A stretch of DNA of 64,000 nucleotides from Leucoraja ocellata (lineage: Eukaryota): positions 62,001 to 126,000 of the forward strand of contig JAWMAR010001001.1 of the NCBI GenBank assembly GCA_036785375.1. The letters are read 5' to 3'. A program made the position numbers and the translations under genes. Below are positions 12,598-24,663 of the stretch, in pieces. Each line of letters begins with the position of its first letter. The first letter of the stretch is position 1. Below the pieces are notes generated by a model. It was not told the DNA's origin. It saw nothing but the letters and a program-made list of their open reading frames with translations, and did no database searches.

Positions 12598-14110
12598 TTA
12601 AATTCTTTTTTTTTTATCATCAATCTACACACAATACCCCATAATAAAAAAGCGAAAACACTTATTTAGAAATTTTTGCAAAGTAATTAAAAAGAAATAA
12701 CTGAAATATCACATTCACATAAGTATTCAGACCTTTTACTCAGTACTTTGTTGTGGCACCTTTGGCAGTGATTACAGACCCGAGTCTTATTGGGTATGAC
12801 GCTATGAGCTTGGCACACCTGTATTTGGGTAATTTCTCCCATTCTTCTCTGCAGATCCTCTCAAGCTCTGTCAGGTTGGATGGGGAGCATCGATGCACCG
12901 CTATTTTCAGGTCCCTCCAGAGATGTTCAAATGGGTTCAAGTCCAGGCTCTAGCTGGGCCACTCAAGGACATTCACAGACTTGTCACAAAGCCACTCCTG
13001 CGTTGTCTTGGCTTAGGGTCGTTGTCCTGTTGGAAGGTGAACATCTACTCCAGCTTGAGATCCAGGACCCTCTGGAGCAGGTTTCCATCAAGGATCTTTC
13101 TGTACTTTGCTCGGTTCATCTTTCCCTCGATCCTGACTAGTCCCCCAGTTCCTGCCGTTGAATAACATCCCCACAGCATGATGCTGCCACCACTATGCTT
13201 CACTGTAGGTATGGTATTGGCCAGGTGATGAGCAGTGCCTGGTTTTCTCGAGATGAGACGCTTCGCATTCAGGCCAAACAGTTCAATCTTGGTTTCATCA
13301 GACCAGAGAATCTTGTTTAGGTGCCTTTTGGCAAGCTCCAAGCGGGCTGTCATGTGCTGTTTACCTTCCATCTGGCCACTCCACCATAAAGGCCTGATTG
13401 GTGGAATGCTGCAGATATAGTTGTCCTTCTGGAAGATTCTCCCATCTCCACAGAGGAATGTTGGAGCTCTGCCAGAGTGACCATCGGGTTCTTGGTCACC
13501 TTCCTGAACAAGGCCCTTCTCCCCCGATTGCTCAGTTTGGCCGGGCGGTCAGCTCTATGAAGAGTCCTGAAGGTTCCAAGGTTCTTCCACTTAAGAATGA
13601 CGGAGGTCACTGTGCTCTTCAGGACCTGCAATGCTGCAGAAATTGTTTTATACCCGTCCCCAGATTTGCGTCTCGACACAATCCTGTCTTGGACGTCTAC
13701 GGACAATTCCTTCATCTTCAAGGCTTGGTTTTTGCTCTGACATGCACCGTAAACTGTACGACCTTATATTGACAGGTGTGTGCCTTTCCAAATCATGTCC
13801 AATCAATTTAATTTACCACTGGTGGACTTCAATCGAGTTGTAGAAACATCTCAAGGATAATCAATGCAAACAGAATGAACCTAAGCTCAATTTTGAATGT
13901 CATAGCAAAGGGTCTGAATATTTATGTAAATGTGGTATTTCAGTTATATCTTTTTAATTACTTTGCAAACATTTCTAAACACCTGTTTTTGCTTCTTCAT
14001 TCTGTGGTATTGTGTGATAATAAAAATAATTTAATCCATTTTAAAATAAGGCTGTAACGTAACAAAATGTGGAAAAATTGAAGGGGTTTGAACACTTTCT
14101 GAATGCACTG
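12598..14110 (-). mobile_element. Tc1-family DNA transposon with long (IR/DR-type) TIRs; left TIR truncated
   Basis: Right end reads CAGTGCATTCAGAAAGTGTTCAAACCCC on the minus strand and abuts TA (14111-14112); 12598-12733 is inverted against about 13905-14040; transposase motifs inside. Confidence 0.95.
12740..13721 (-). pseudogene. Tc1 transposase, frameshifted
   Basis: KELSVD..DRIV (paired-like HTH), RPAKLS, LWSDETKIELFG, TVKHSGGSIMLWGC, NPFEHLW, GATTKY spread over three frames. Confidence 0.93.
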
Positions 14111-14875
14111 TATATTCTGCACTCTGTGTCTTCCCCTTTGTCTATCTATTGTACATGAGTTGGAACTGATTATATATGTATGTATGGTATATCTGATCTG
14201 TCTGCATGCAAAATAACGTTTTTTACTGTACTGGACACATGGCAATAATAAACCTAAACAGCTCAGATTGCCATAGAACCAGTCGTGGCTTTCCTCAAGG
14301 TCTTCTGTACTCTCCTGTACTAAAAGGAACAGTTTTCCATCTGGAAAAAGATGGGACAGCTGATGCCTGGAATGCACTGGTAGTTTTTTGAGATTAGTGA
14401 ATTCACTCACAGGATTTCAGCATTGTTATATTTTTTGCCCATGCAGATTCACCTTGAACTGATTGGGCGTGCTGGGCTATTTAAGAGGGCATTTCAGAAT
14501 TAATCACACTGCTGCAATTTGAAATTGCATATAAATCAGCCTGGTTAAGGATCATAGGTTTCCTTCCCTCAAGGACAGGTAGGCTTTTATGGAAAGTTGG
14601 TAGTTTGCTGGTCATGGTTAATGATACAACAGCATTATTCCAAATTAAACACAGAGAATGCTGGAATTGTTAGCAGGACATGTAGCAATTGTGGGAATTT
14701 CCATCCAAGGACTACTTGTTCAAACAGTTATGGTGAAGGTTCTTTAATTTGAAATATTAACTCATTTTCTCTCTCCACAGATGATGTCTGATCTGCATAG
14801 TGTTCCCAGTGTTTTCTGTTTTTATTTCTAACTATTTTTTGGTTAGATATGTTTTTTTTCTCCAAACCATTCATC

Positions 14876-15195
14876 TTAGTTTAGTTTAGTTTTTAGTTTA
14901 GAGATACAGCGCGTAAACAGGCCCTTTGGCCCATCGAACCCGCACCGACCAGGATCCTCGCACACTAATGCTATCCTACACACAGTAGGGACAATTTACA
15001 TTTATACAAAACCGATTAACCAACAAACCTTTTCGCCTTTGGAGTGTGGGAGGAAACCGAAGATCTCGGAGAAAACCCACGCAGTCACAGGGAGAATGTA
15101 CAAAGTCCGTACGGACAGCACCTGTAGTCAGGATCGAACCCGAGACTCTGGCGCTGTAAGGCAGCAATTCTACCGCAGCGCTACTGTGCCACCCC
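14876..15195 (-). mobile_element. tRNA-derived V-SINE (HE1-like)
   Basis: Minus-strand A and B boxes (GGGTTCGATCCTG), V-domain, (AAACT)n tail. Confidence 0.92.
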
Positions 15196-15368
15196 TACAC
15201 AGGTAGACCACGTAATTTGATCACTATGCTACCATTACCTATTGCAACCTCTTTGGTGTTCATGGAGATGTGAAGAAACCACATCCTCCCTTCGTCACCT
15301 TCACTCCCATTGACCTCATCTTTTTGTTTGAATGTCATCGATTTTCAAACTTTTAAAAATATCTTTTA

Positions 15369-16366
15369 TGGGTGATTCTTCAGTAAGTGTCTACTTTTAA
15401 GTTTCTGGAAACCCAAAAATAAAACTTACAATTTTGCAACTTTGAATGTTGCTTCACATAGATGAATATCTCTACTATGGGAAAAATATGTTTGACGCAA
15501 TCCTTTATTTTGTCCTTTTTTTTTTCCAGGTTGCCCATCGCATTCAGTCATATCCATCGCATTTTTATGATGAACAACACAGCAAAATATAACTGAATGC
15601 GATGGGCAACCTGGAAAAAAAAGTGGAAAAAAAATTAAATTCTCTAAAAGATGGCACCAAACATATTTTCCCCATAGTAGTGATGTTCATTTATCAATTT
15701 TCATTTATCAATTAAAATTGATAATTATGGTAATTGTTGGATTATTTTACACATTATGAGCATAAAATGCTCGTGACGGATATGACGCAGCGTGATGGCG
15801 ATGATCAATCAAGTCATCTCTCTCACGCTGAGCTGGGGGCTGGGGCTGGGGCTCAGGGTGTGGATCTTGGGCTGGGGGTCTGGGGCTGGGGATGTGGGGC
15901 TGGGGATGTGGATCTGGGGCTCGGGATCTGGGAGCTGGTGCTGGGGGCTGAGGCCTGGGGGCTGGGAGCTGGGGGCTGGCGCTAGCGTGGGACTAGCGTT
16001 GGGGCTAGCATTGTGGTTAGCGTTAGGGAAGAAAATATAAGCTGGAGATGGAGCTAGATGGAGATCGGGGTTTACGTTATGGAGGTGGCGTGACGGGAAT
16101 GGTGGCCCAACCCTTTAGCTCAGCATGGCCTCGCCGGAAGGCCATGCCTGGTCATATAATTTGTACGAATGGCACATGGCAGGAACGCATCTCCAAGTTT
16201 CGGGGGGATCGAACATCGGGATTTAAAAAAAACTTTTCCTTTAGTGTTTAATCTTTATTTATGAGGATATAGAAAAAGAAGAAATGGGATAGAATTATGG
16301 ATTTTCCTTATATACAGCATCAAAGTAGCGGGACACCAAAGTAGACACTTACTGAAGAATCACCCA
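15369..16366. mobile_element. Non-autonomous TIR DNA transposon (about 1 kb, unclassified)
   Basis: Perfect 30-bp inverted termini ATGGGTGATTCTTCAGTAAGTGTCTACTTT / AAAGTAGACACTTACTGAAGAATCACCCAT; a TA or AT 2-bp duplication fits equally well; no transposase ORF. Confidence 0.88.
15829..15985 (+). repeat. G-rich (GGGGCT)n-like degenerate repeat
   Basis: Numerous GGGG runs separated by CT, AT or TCT. Confidence 0.85.
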
Positions 16367-16899
16367 TATAGTCAGAGGGCCTAAAAAAAAAAAATTGATT
16401 TAAATAATGTTAAAAAATGAACACGAGCTATTTTCTAAATTAAAAGGTTGAAAAATGAAACCAATAATCAAGGTCTGGATGAAGAGACGAGGAATGAAAT
16501 GGGATTTGAAAGAGGCCTAGACAGCCCTTTTGTCGACTGTGAGGAACCCATGGTTGCACTGGGGAATGGAGGCATTGTAACTCAGTATGAATAAGTAATG
16601 CAGTCCAGATGAATGGTTTTTAGACGAGATTTCAAATCTCAATTTAGCAAATGGGGTATTTCAGCATAACAAACAAAAATATGATTAATGTAAGATTATT
16701 GTCAAAGGATGGCTTATTGTCATCAGGGACTCTGTGGGCCTAAGGGCATGTTTCCTCATTGTATATATGGCTCTGATTAAAGACATCACAGCAAAATTAC
16801 AAGAATGCATGCCTTTTCGCACACTCAGCAATCCTATTTTGTTTGTGTGCCAGCCATCCTTGCTGTGAAGTTGAGGAGCTGAACACAATATCATTGAGC

Positions 16900-17330
16900 C
16901 AAACAGCATGGAAACAGGCCCTTCATGCCAACAAAGATGCCCCATCCAAGCCAGTCTCATTTGCCTGCGCCTGCCAAACCATTCCTATCCATGTCCCTGT
17001 CCGAATATCTTTTAAATCCTGTTTTAGGACCCACCTCAACTACCTCCACTGGCAGCTCGTTCCATATACACACCACCCTCTGAGTGAAAAGGTTGCCTCT
17101 CAGGTTTCGATTAAATCCTTCGCCTCTCACCTTAAACTAGGTCCTCTGGTTCTTAATTCCCCTACTCTGGGTAAAAGACTTCTCATGATTTTATACACCT
17201 CTAGAAGATCACCCCTCAGTCCCCTAAGAATAAAGAATAAAGTCCTAGTTTGTCAAACGTCTCCTTATAGCTCAGGCTCTCAAAACCTGGCAACATCCTC
17301 GTAAAACTTCTCTGCATTCTTTCCATCTTA
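16900..17330 (-). mobile_element. CR1 3' fragment (older subfamily)
   Basis: Minus frame MERMQRSFTRMLPGFESLSYKE; TRG-like region and CR1 tail. Confidence 0.85.
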
Positions 17331-17547
17331 AAAAGTACAACCATATCCTGTCCTTGGCACATTGGTATTCCACTGCTTATTTCAGCAGTGGGTCCAGCAG
17401 TATTGTAGGAAGTTAGCTGCACCTGCATTTACTTGTTGCCTGTCTTGAACTTCCACATTTGGCTGAGAGTGGCCCTGTAGCTGGCAGCTAGCCGCAGTAA
17501 CAATATTTCAGTACTGGCTAAATTGACTAGCCAAACATGTGACAAAG

Positions 17548-17760
17548 AATCTGTGGAATTCATTGCCACAGACGTCTGTGGAGGTCAAATCAATGGATAT
17601 TTCTAAGGCGGAGATTGATAGATTCTTGATTAGTAAGGGTGTTGGGGTTATGGGGAGAGGGCGGGAGGATAGGGTTGAGATAGATCAGCCATGATAGAAT
17701 CGCGGAGTAGACCTAATGGGCTGAATGGTCTAATTCTGCTCCTATAACTTATGAACATGA
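17548..17760 (+). mobile_element. CR1 3' end fragment
   Basis: AATCTGTGGAATTCATTGCCACAG...GATCAGCCATGATAGAAT...CCTATAACTTATG. Confidence 0.85.
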
Positions 17761-18032
17761 ATATGATCAACTAGCCTGTCAGCTTTTTTTTTGGGGGGGG
17801 GGGGGGGTTAATGTATGGACAACATATTGCCCCTCGACTGTACTGTCACCATGACTCCAGATCATAACAATGCAATTGATCATGGATATCCTGGACACAG
17901 AATAATGAGAAAGTGTTCTATGATAACTGGTTCACAATAGCAGACTCTACCACTTGTAGTGAGCGGTAGAACATGGAGGAAACTAACACCAGAAAATTCA
18001 GAGTCCGAAGAAGGATCCCAACCTAAAACATC

Positions 18033-18257
18033 TTGGGGGGTGTCCTGTGGCGGTCCCTGGGGGGTAGGCCACTCCTTGGATCATCCCCCTCGACGATTGA
18101 GGGACAGGGGCGTAGGTCTGCCACGGGGTTTACCGGTCGACTCCCGAGGGGTAGAGATAAGAGTGTCGGTGTGTGTTCTTGAACTGTTGGAATTAAAAAG
18201 CTTCTTTTGAATCCGCCTGGCGTCCGGTCTTTTCCTGACCTTGACCAGGCCACTACA
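18033..18257 (+). mobile_element. Putative polypurine tract + LTR fragment inserted in a Penelope-end repeat
   Basis: TTGGGGGGG followed by TGT...ACA (18041-18257) with an internal ATTAAA; the host repeat resumes at ACCTATCCATG. Confidence 0.5.
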
Positions 18258-19889
18258 ACCTATCCATGTTCTCCAGAGGTGCAGCCTGACCCACTTGAGT
18301 TACTCCAGCACTTAGTGTATTTTTTTTGTAAACCAGCATCAGCAGTTCCCCGTTTCTTGTTCTTCACCAGAAAATACTGGCTTTGTTAATATTACATATA
18401 TATATTAAGGAACATTTCCTCTTTTAAATAGCTAAGTACTCTTCAAGATCAAATTGGACAAAAAAGCATAAGCATTGTGATAACTCTGAAGGTAGTTCAC
18501 ACAGATGTTTGACTGAATGTTCAAGGTTTGCTGATAAAATCTTAATTCTTGTACTTCATCGTGGTTTTAAGGGTTGTGTTGTGCTGTTTAGCTTTCACTG
18601 GCATATCTGCTTCTCTGGGATACATGGGTTACTGATAATTTAATAAAGTATAGCACGTTATGTGATGAATCATGTATGAGTACATGGCAGTTAATCTTTG
18701 ATGACCTGGTTTAACCACTTAAGAGTTTTGGAAACAAATGTTTGATCGACAAGTAAAGGAATGTCTGTCTTGGTTTCACGAGCCTTGTGTTTGGCTTATG
18801 ATCACAAACTGCAACCCTCCTCATTTGTGTAGCCGAACAGTTATATGATTCACTGCTCCCTGAACATGTCACACAATGGCTCAGTAATGGGATGTAATCG
18901 CAAAGTGCAGGGGTGGGTGTGGAGTAGTGAAGGGGCACAGAGAAGCAGTTCCTTTTCACTGCTCTACATGTGCTAAGTGTGAGATTAAGATAGGGCATAA
19001 GCAACAGTACTGAACTTCAAAACAGCGCTACTGGCATTAAATCAATGGCGTGTGCTGACTGATGCCATGATCTGCCAGCTCTGCCTGTTTACAATTCACT
19101 TTCACTGAGCAGTTACAATCAGACTCCAGAATAGTATCCATAAAGCCATCAGAGGAACCACTTTGGAACTCTCATGGTGCTCAGAAATACGTCCCATCGA
19201 ACCCAGCGTGTGAATAATCTTTGAAGGTGACATAGAGTCATTATTTCATTTCTCAATTATTTCATATCTCTGCAGTTCCATTATCCCAGTGAGTTATCTT
19301 GGTTTATCAAATTCATGTTAGCCATAGCCAAGGTTATTTACTTACATACTTAAATATTTCTGAGGATCGCACGAATGTAATAGGACAACTTTAAATAAAA
19401 ACTACCTCTTAAATTAGTAATGCTATAATATTGTTCTAGTTCTTGAGATTCAGTTTCTGAAGGTTAAATATCAACCTGAAATGTGTATTTCGATTATGAT
19501 GCAATAAGACAAACGTTTATTTGCTCAAACCCATCAGTGTAGATCAAAAAGGGCGACATGCTAACAATCACACAGGCAGACTGGCAGATGCAGGGGGTGA
19601 AAGACCATCCAAATGCATATTTTCACAAGAATCATTTTGCTGAGCCTTTAATTATAAATATAAGGAGTTAATTAAACATACAACTTCACATTGCTCTTTG
19701 TTTACTCATCCTATACCTATCAAATAAATTGGAAGTTTTTAATCATAATTTGAATTGCTTTTTCATTCTCGCAAATCTCAGCATGTCATGGCAAAGTAAT
19801 CTGTTGGCATATGTGAACCAGGAGACATATGCCTGAATTCTCTCCCCTTCTCTTCACTAGGCAAGCTACCAGTGCCCCTTTCTCCTGCA

Positions 19890-20390
19890 CATACAAGTGC
19901 CCTCTACTGGACTGGATGTTCAACCTAGGCCAGGTATGCTCTCCTTGCAGTTCGATGGAACCTCCCTTCCATTGCCTCCATTTACACCTCTCGCTGTCTC
20001 GGCAAAGCCAACGTAATCATGGACGAGTTGCACCCTGGCCACTCCCTCTTCTCCCCTCTCCCATCGGGCAAAAGGTATAGAAGTGTGAAAATGCACACAT
20101 CCAAATTCAGGGACAGTTTCTTTCCAGCTGTTAACAGGCAAATGAACCATCCTACCAACAACTAAATAGCTGTACTATCTAACTAATTGGAAACCCTTGG
20201 ACTATCTTAGATCGGATTTTACCGCACTTTATCTTGCGCTAAACATTATTCATGTTATTCCCTTTATCATGTATCTGTACACTGTGGATTGCTTGATTGT
20301 AATCATGCATTGTCTTTCTATTGACTGGTTAGCACGTAACAATAGCTTTTCACTGTACCTCGGTACACACGACAATAAACTAAACTAAGC
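19890..20390 (+). mobile_element. Rex1/Babar-like LINE 3' fragment
   Basis: LLPSGKRYRS-like frame (CTCCCATCGGGCAAAAGGTATAGAAG), DSFFPAV, tail TTTTCACTGTACCTCGGTACACACGACAATAAACTAAACT. Confidence 0.8.
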
Positions 20391-20854
20391 CACTGTCTCT
20401 GCCTTTAAAATATTCAAAGACTCCATCCTTTGAGAATCAATTTCAAAGACTCGTGACTCTCTGAGGAAAGAAAAAATTATCTTCCACTGTCAAGTCTTGA
20501 CATCCTGTCAAGAACCTATATATTTCAGTCAAGTCCCTTCTTATTGGAAGTTGAACTGATACAAACCTAGCCTATCTAGCGTAGACAAAAATGCTGGAGA
20601 AACTCAGCGGGTGAGGCAGCATCTATGGTGTGAAGGAAATAGGCAACATTTCGGGTCGAGACCCTTCTTCAGCCTATCTACCTTTGTGTTACCATAACAT
20701 AACTTGCTCATTCCAGTTATTAACTAGTAAACTTTCTCTGCATTGTTTTCAATGCATTAACATTCTTCTTTATACAAGGATATCAGTATGATACTTGATT
20801 CTCCGTCATCTTGGTTCACCATTGCTCAGTATAACAGAAGCTTTAGCTCTCTAG

Positions 20855-21062
20855 AAGGAACTGCAGATGCTGGAAAATCGAAGGTACACAAAAATGCTGG
20901 AGAAACTCAGCGGGTGCAGCAGCATCTATGGAGCGAAGGAACCTTCACCCCGCCACCCCCTATCAGTCTGAAGAAGGGTTTAGGCCCGAAACGTTACCCA
21001 TTTCCTTCGCTCCATAGATGCTGCTGCACCCGCTGAGTTTCTCCAGCATTTTTGTGTACCTT
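20855..21062. mobile_element. Palindromic Penelope-end element with hammerhead core
   Basis: Arms AAGGTACACAAAAATGCTGGAGAAACTCAGCGGGTGCAGCAGCATCTATGGAGCGAAGGAA and its exact reverse complement; CTGAAGA...GAAACGTT in the loop. Confidence 0.88.
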
Positions 21063-21169
21063 TAGTTCTCTACTTTTGTGTTCAATTCTCCTAGCAATAA
21101 ACAAAACATTCTGTTAGCTTTTCTAATTATTTTCTGTACCCGTGTATCTATACCTGCCTCATGGATTGC

Positions 21170-21400
21170 CAAACACTAGAGGGCATAGCTTTAACGTCTG
21201 AGGGGGAAAGTTTAAAGGAGATGCGAGGCGAACGTTTTTTTACACAGAGAATGGTAGGTGCCTGGAACATGCTACCGCAGGCGGTGGTGGAAGCAGATAT
21301 GATAGTGGCATTTAAACAGCTTTTAGATTGGCATATGGATATGCAACAAATGGAAGGATATGGATCACATGCAGGCAAAGGGCCTGTTCCTTTACTATGC
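21170..21400 (+). mobile_element. CR1 3' fragment
   Basis: FFTQRMVGAWNMLPQAVVEA frame. Confidence 0.85.
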
Positions 21401-23744
21401 AGCAAGTAACAAATTCATTATTCCATTTTTGGCACATATGACACTTAAACACTCTTTAGACTCTGTAGATTCTTTACTCTGCCTTTTTATCTCAGAGCTC
21501 AGGTTTGTTTAAGTTTAAATAGCTCACAGTTTGATGAATACGTACAATACCTGATAGTTGAGTAAAGATAACATTAGTCTCATTTAGTCCCTGTCTAAGG
21601 ATGCAGGTACCATGTTTCAATTTAAATGTTTAATCTGGTTTACTTCGATCAAATGTAGCCTGGCCTGTTGAGTATTTCCAGCATTTTCTAACTTTACTTT
21701 CCAATGAAACAATAGTTTGGAAGATAGTGCGGTCAAATAGATATTGAGTTGTATGAATATTAATTTAGACCTCAACACATTCTTAAAATGGAGGATGATT
21801 GAAGGATAGGTAGAAGTTAGATGAATTTGCTTTTTAAAATAAAGTAACATTAAGCTTCAGGCTTTTAAGCTGCAAGAGTTCCTTACATAACATTCTAGCT
21901 CTGACCTGTCAGTCATAAGGGACAGAAAGACTGAAAGGATGTAAAAGTCTTCTTCTATCATGAAGTAATTATGCATGCAAGGTAAAAATAAATCCATCGG
22001 AAACCAAATGGAAGAGAATTGAAAAGAGACTAAAAGCTGATTCAATATGGAATACATTGCCTGAAAAGAAAGGTTAAGGAATCATAAAACAGAGACAGCA
22101 GAAGACATTAGAAAGCTTCATTTGGACACTTACAAGGTGTTCTGTTTACAAGAAGAGTTTCATGGAATTTTATAATACGATTTAGAATTTAAAGAATCAA
22201 TAATAATAGAATATTCTGCCACACCAGAACAATAGATGGTCCAATTCCATAAGTAAATGACAGGAAACAGATAGATCAAAAGGCTGTGTGGTGCATTACA
22301 GTTGCTTCAAGGGGTATAAATATTTCATCCTCAGTCTTTGCCGTGACCTGTTAGTGAAAGACTCTGCCAGTGCACGATTATTTTTGGAAAATCAGGGCAG
22401 TAGAGGGAAAAGTCAATAAAATCACAGATATCACATTAATAATTGTTTAGTCCAATCTGATCTGTCAAATTGTAGTTTCTAGAATTTGTCCGATTATTGC
22501 AAAAATTTGCTTTGTTTAACCTGCGTGTTACTTGAATAAAACAATTTTAAACTCCTCTTACCAAGGAGATTTAGATTTGGAAATGTTTTAAATTCTAACT
22601 GGAGGCTCTTCCTGCTGTTCAGATCCTGTTTCCTGTCTGTGGTGTTAGTTACATATTACATATTGTACCACACAATAAACTGTTTTGTGTAGAATTTAAT
22701 TTCACTCGATTCCATAAACGCATTGGGTTAGAGAGAAATGCAGTATCATAACAGGCCCTTCAGCCCAATACAAATGAAAATTGAAAGGACATATTTTATT
22801 CTCCCGAAAGACTATTCCCTTTTGGCTGTTACCTCAGCCATTCTTCAATACTACGTTCCCACGCCAAGGATTTCCAAATAGTGGGGATTACTCAGTGGTC
22901 TAATAACTAACTACCGCAGCCAACCTCAATACCCGGTGGACCATGGCCGGAGTAACACCCGGTCAAGTTTGCCCGAGTCTATGTGCTTGTGGTGCTGCTG
23001 CAAGCAAGGTTTGCATTGTACCTGTACCTCTTCATATTTGTGCAAATGACAATAAACTCAATGACATCATTGTACAATGTCCAATTCATAACTTCTTGGC
23101 AACAATTGGAAACATTCAGGCATGGGGCAATAAATGATAAGCAACATTTGCAAATATGAGTGCCTTGTAATGACATTCAGGAGTCAGAAAGAGCCAAACC
23201 ATTTAGTCTTCACATTTAACAGCATTATCATCCCTTTACATCAACATCCTTGGTTTTCCAAACACTGGAAGTTCAATTGGACTAAGCACTTAAATAATAT
23301 GGCCACAAGAACATGTAGGAAAAAGGATTTCCTGCAGCCAGTATTTCATCTCCTGATTCCACAAAGCCTTAACCTATCTGCAAGATGCAATTCAGGTGTA
23401 GACCTGTGCAAAGATTGCAATGATTTGCAATCTTTGATGAGCCATTATGCTGAAAGGTTGTTCACAAATATCCCAATTACAGCCAAAAATCGCCAAAAGA
23501 TTAGAACTATTTCTGCAATCTATCGCGCAGTTATTTAGATATGACCGCAAGGTACAAATACAAGATTCATTCACTACAGATCATTTACAAATGCCAGGAC
23601 CTAAAGATGAATATTGATGATTATATCAACTTTCAGAACAAATAATAACATACATATGTTCCTGAATTAAAGTATTTGTGCGTAAAACAACTGGGTGTAT
23701 CACAAAGCCTGTTTGTTGTGAGGAAGTAGTACAAGTAATACAAA

Positions 23745-24173
23745 CATTGAGGGAATTGTAGATAGCATGGGAGGTTGTTTAAGTCCGCAACACTATACAG
23801 ATTAACTGGAATGTTGGGCTGAGCAATGGCAAATGGAGTTTAACCCTGACAAATGTAAGGTAATGCAATTGGGAATGCAAGCAAGGGTAGGATATAAACG
23901 GGAAGTAGCAGAATTCCAGAGAGTGGTAATGCACAGAGGAATCTTGGGGTACAACATCACTGTTCCCTGCAAGTAGCAACACAGGTGTGTAGGGTGATGA
24001 AGACATATAGCATGCTTGCCTTCATGGGCCCTGGAAGAGCTGAGATGTCATATTGTAGCCCTTATAATACATTGGTTAGATCACAGCCAGAGTACTAAGG
24101 GCAGTTCTGATGCCACACTATGAGAGATGTGATTGTGCTTGAGAGGGTACAGAGGAGATTTACCAAGATGTTG
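23745..24173 (+). mobile_element. Degenerate CR1 RT/C-terminal fragment
   Basis: W.EQWQMEFNPDKCKVM and LERVQRRFTKML remnants. Confidence 0.8.
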
Positions 24174-24663
24174 GAGCACACACGCCACGAGTTGACAGAG
24201 CCATGCGGCCGGGCCGGGGTCGGCCCCATGGAGGCATCGGAGAGGACCCGGCAGCGTTAGTGAAGGTGTTGGTGCTATGGTCGATGGGGGAGCCGATCGC
24301 CGAGCATGACGGACCACATGGAGTGAGGGAAGGGACAAAGAAGGAACCGAGCGTGAGGGGAGGGGGGGCACCGTGAGGGGGGGGGGGGGGAAACAATGGA
24401 CAACGGAGGTGGGAGAACAATGGAGACCCAGTGTGGGGGGGGGGCCGTGAGGGAGGGGGAGCACAACAGCGACCCGACGTTGGTGGGGGGGCGTGAGGGA
24501 TGGGGGATGGTGGGGGAGAACAAAGGGAGACATGGCGCAGATAGTGTATACTTGTGTATACTTTGTAACTTTGTCTGCGACATTACTTGGCAACTATTTG
24601 CAAACCGTGGGTATGCAAGCAACGAATTTCACTGTGACGCGTCACGTGACAAAGTATTCATTC
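24174..24663 (+). mobile_element. GC-rich non-autonomous retroposon with a Rex1/L2-like tail
   Basis: CpG-rich body; 3' GAATTTCACTGTGACGCGTCACGTGACAAAGTATTCATTC (stem-loop plus ATTC repeats). Confidence 0.55.

Noticed and set aside
15829-15985. GGGGCT/GAGCT repeats as an immunoglobulin switch region
   Set aside because: Only about 150 bp, inside a TIR element, with no Ig exons nearby
22800-22980. CpG-retaining segment as an rRNA or NUMT fragment
   Set aside because: No rRNA, mitochondrial or protein motif could be recognised in any frame; left unassigned
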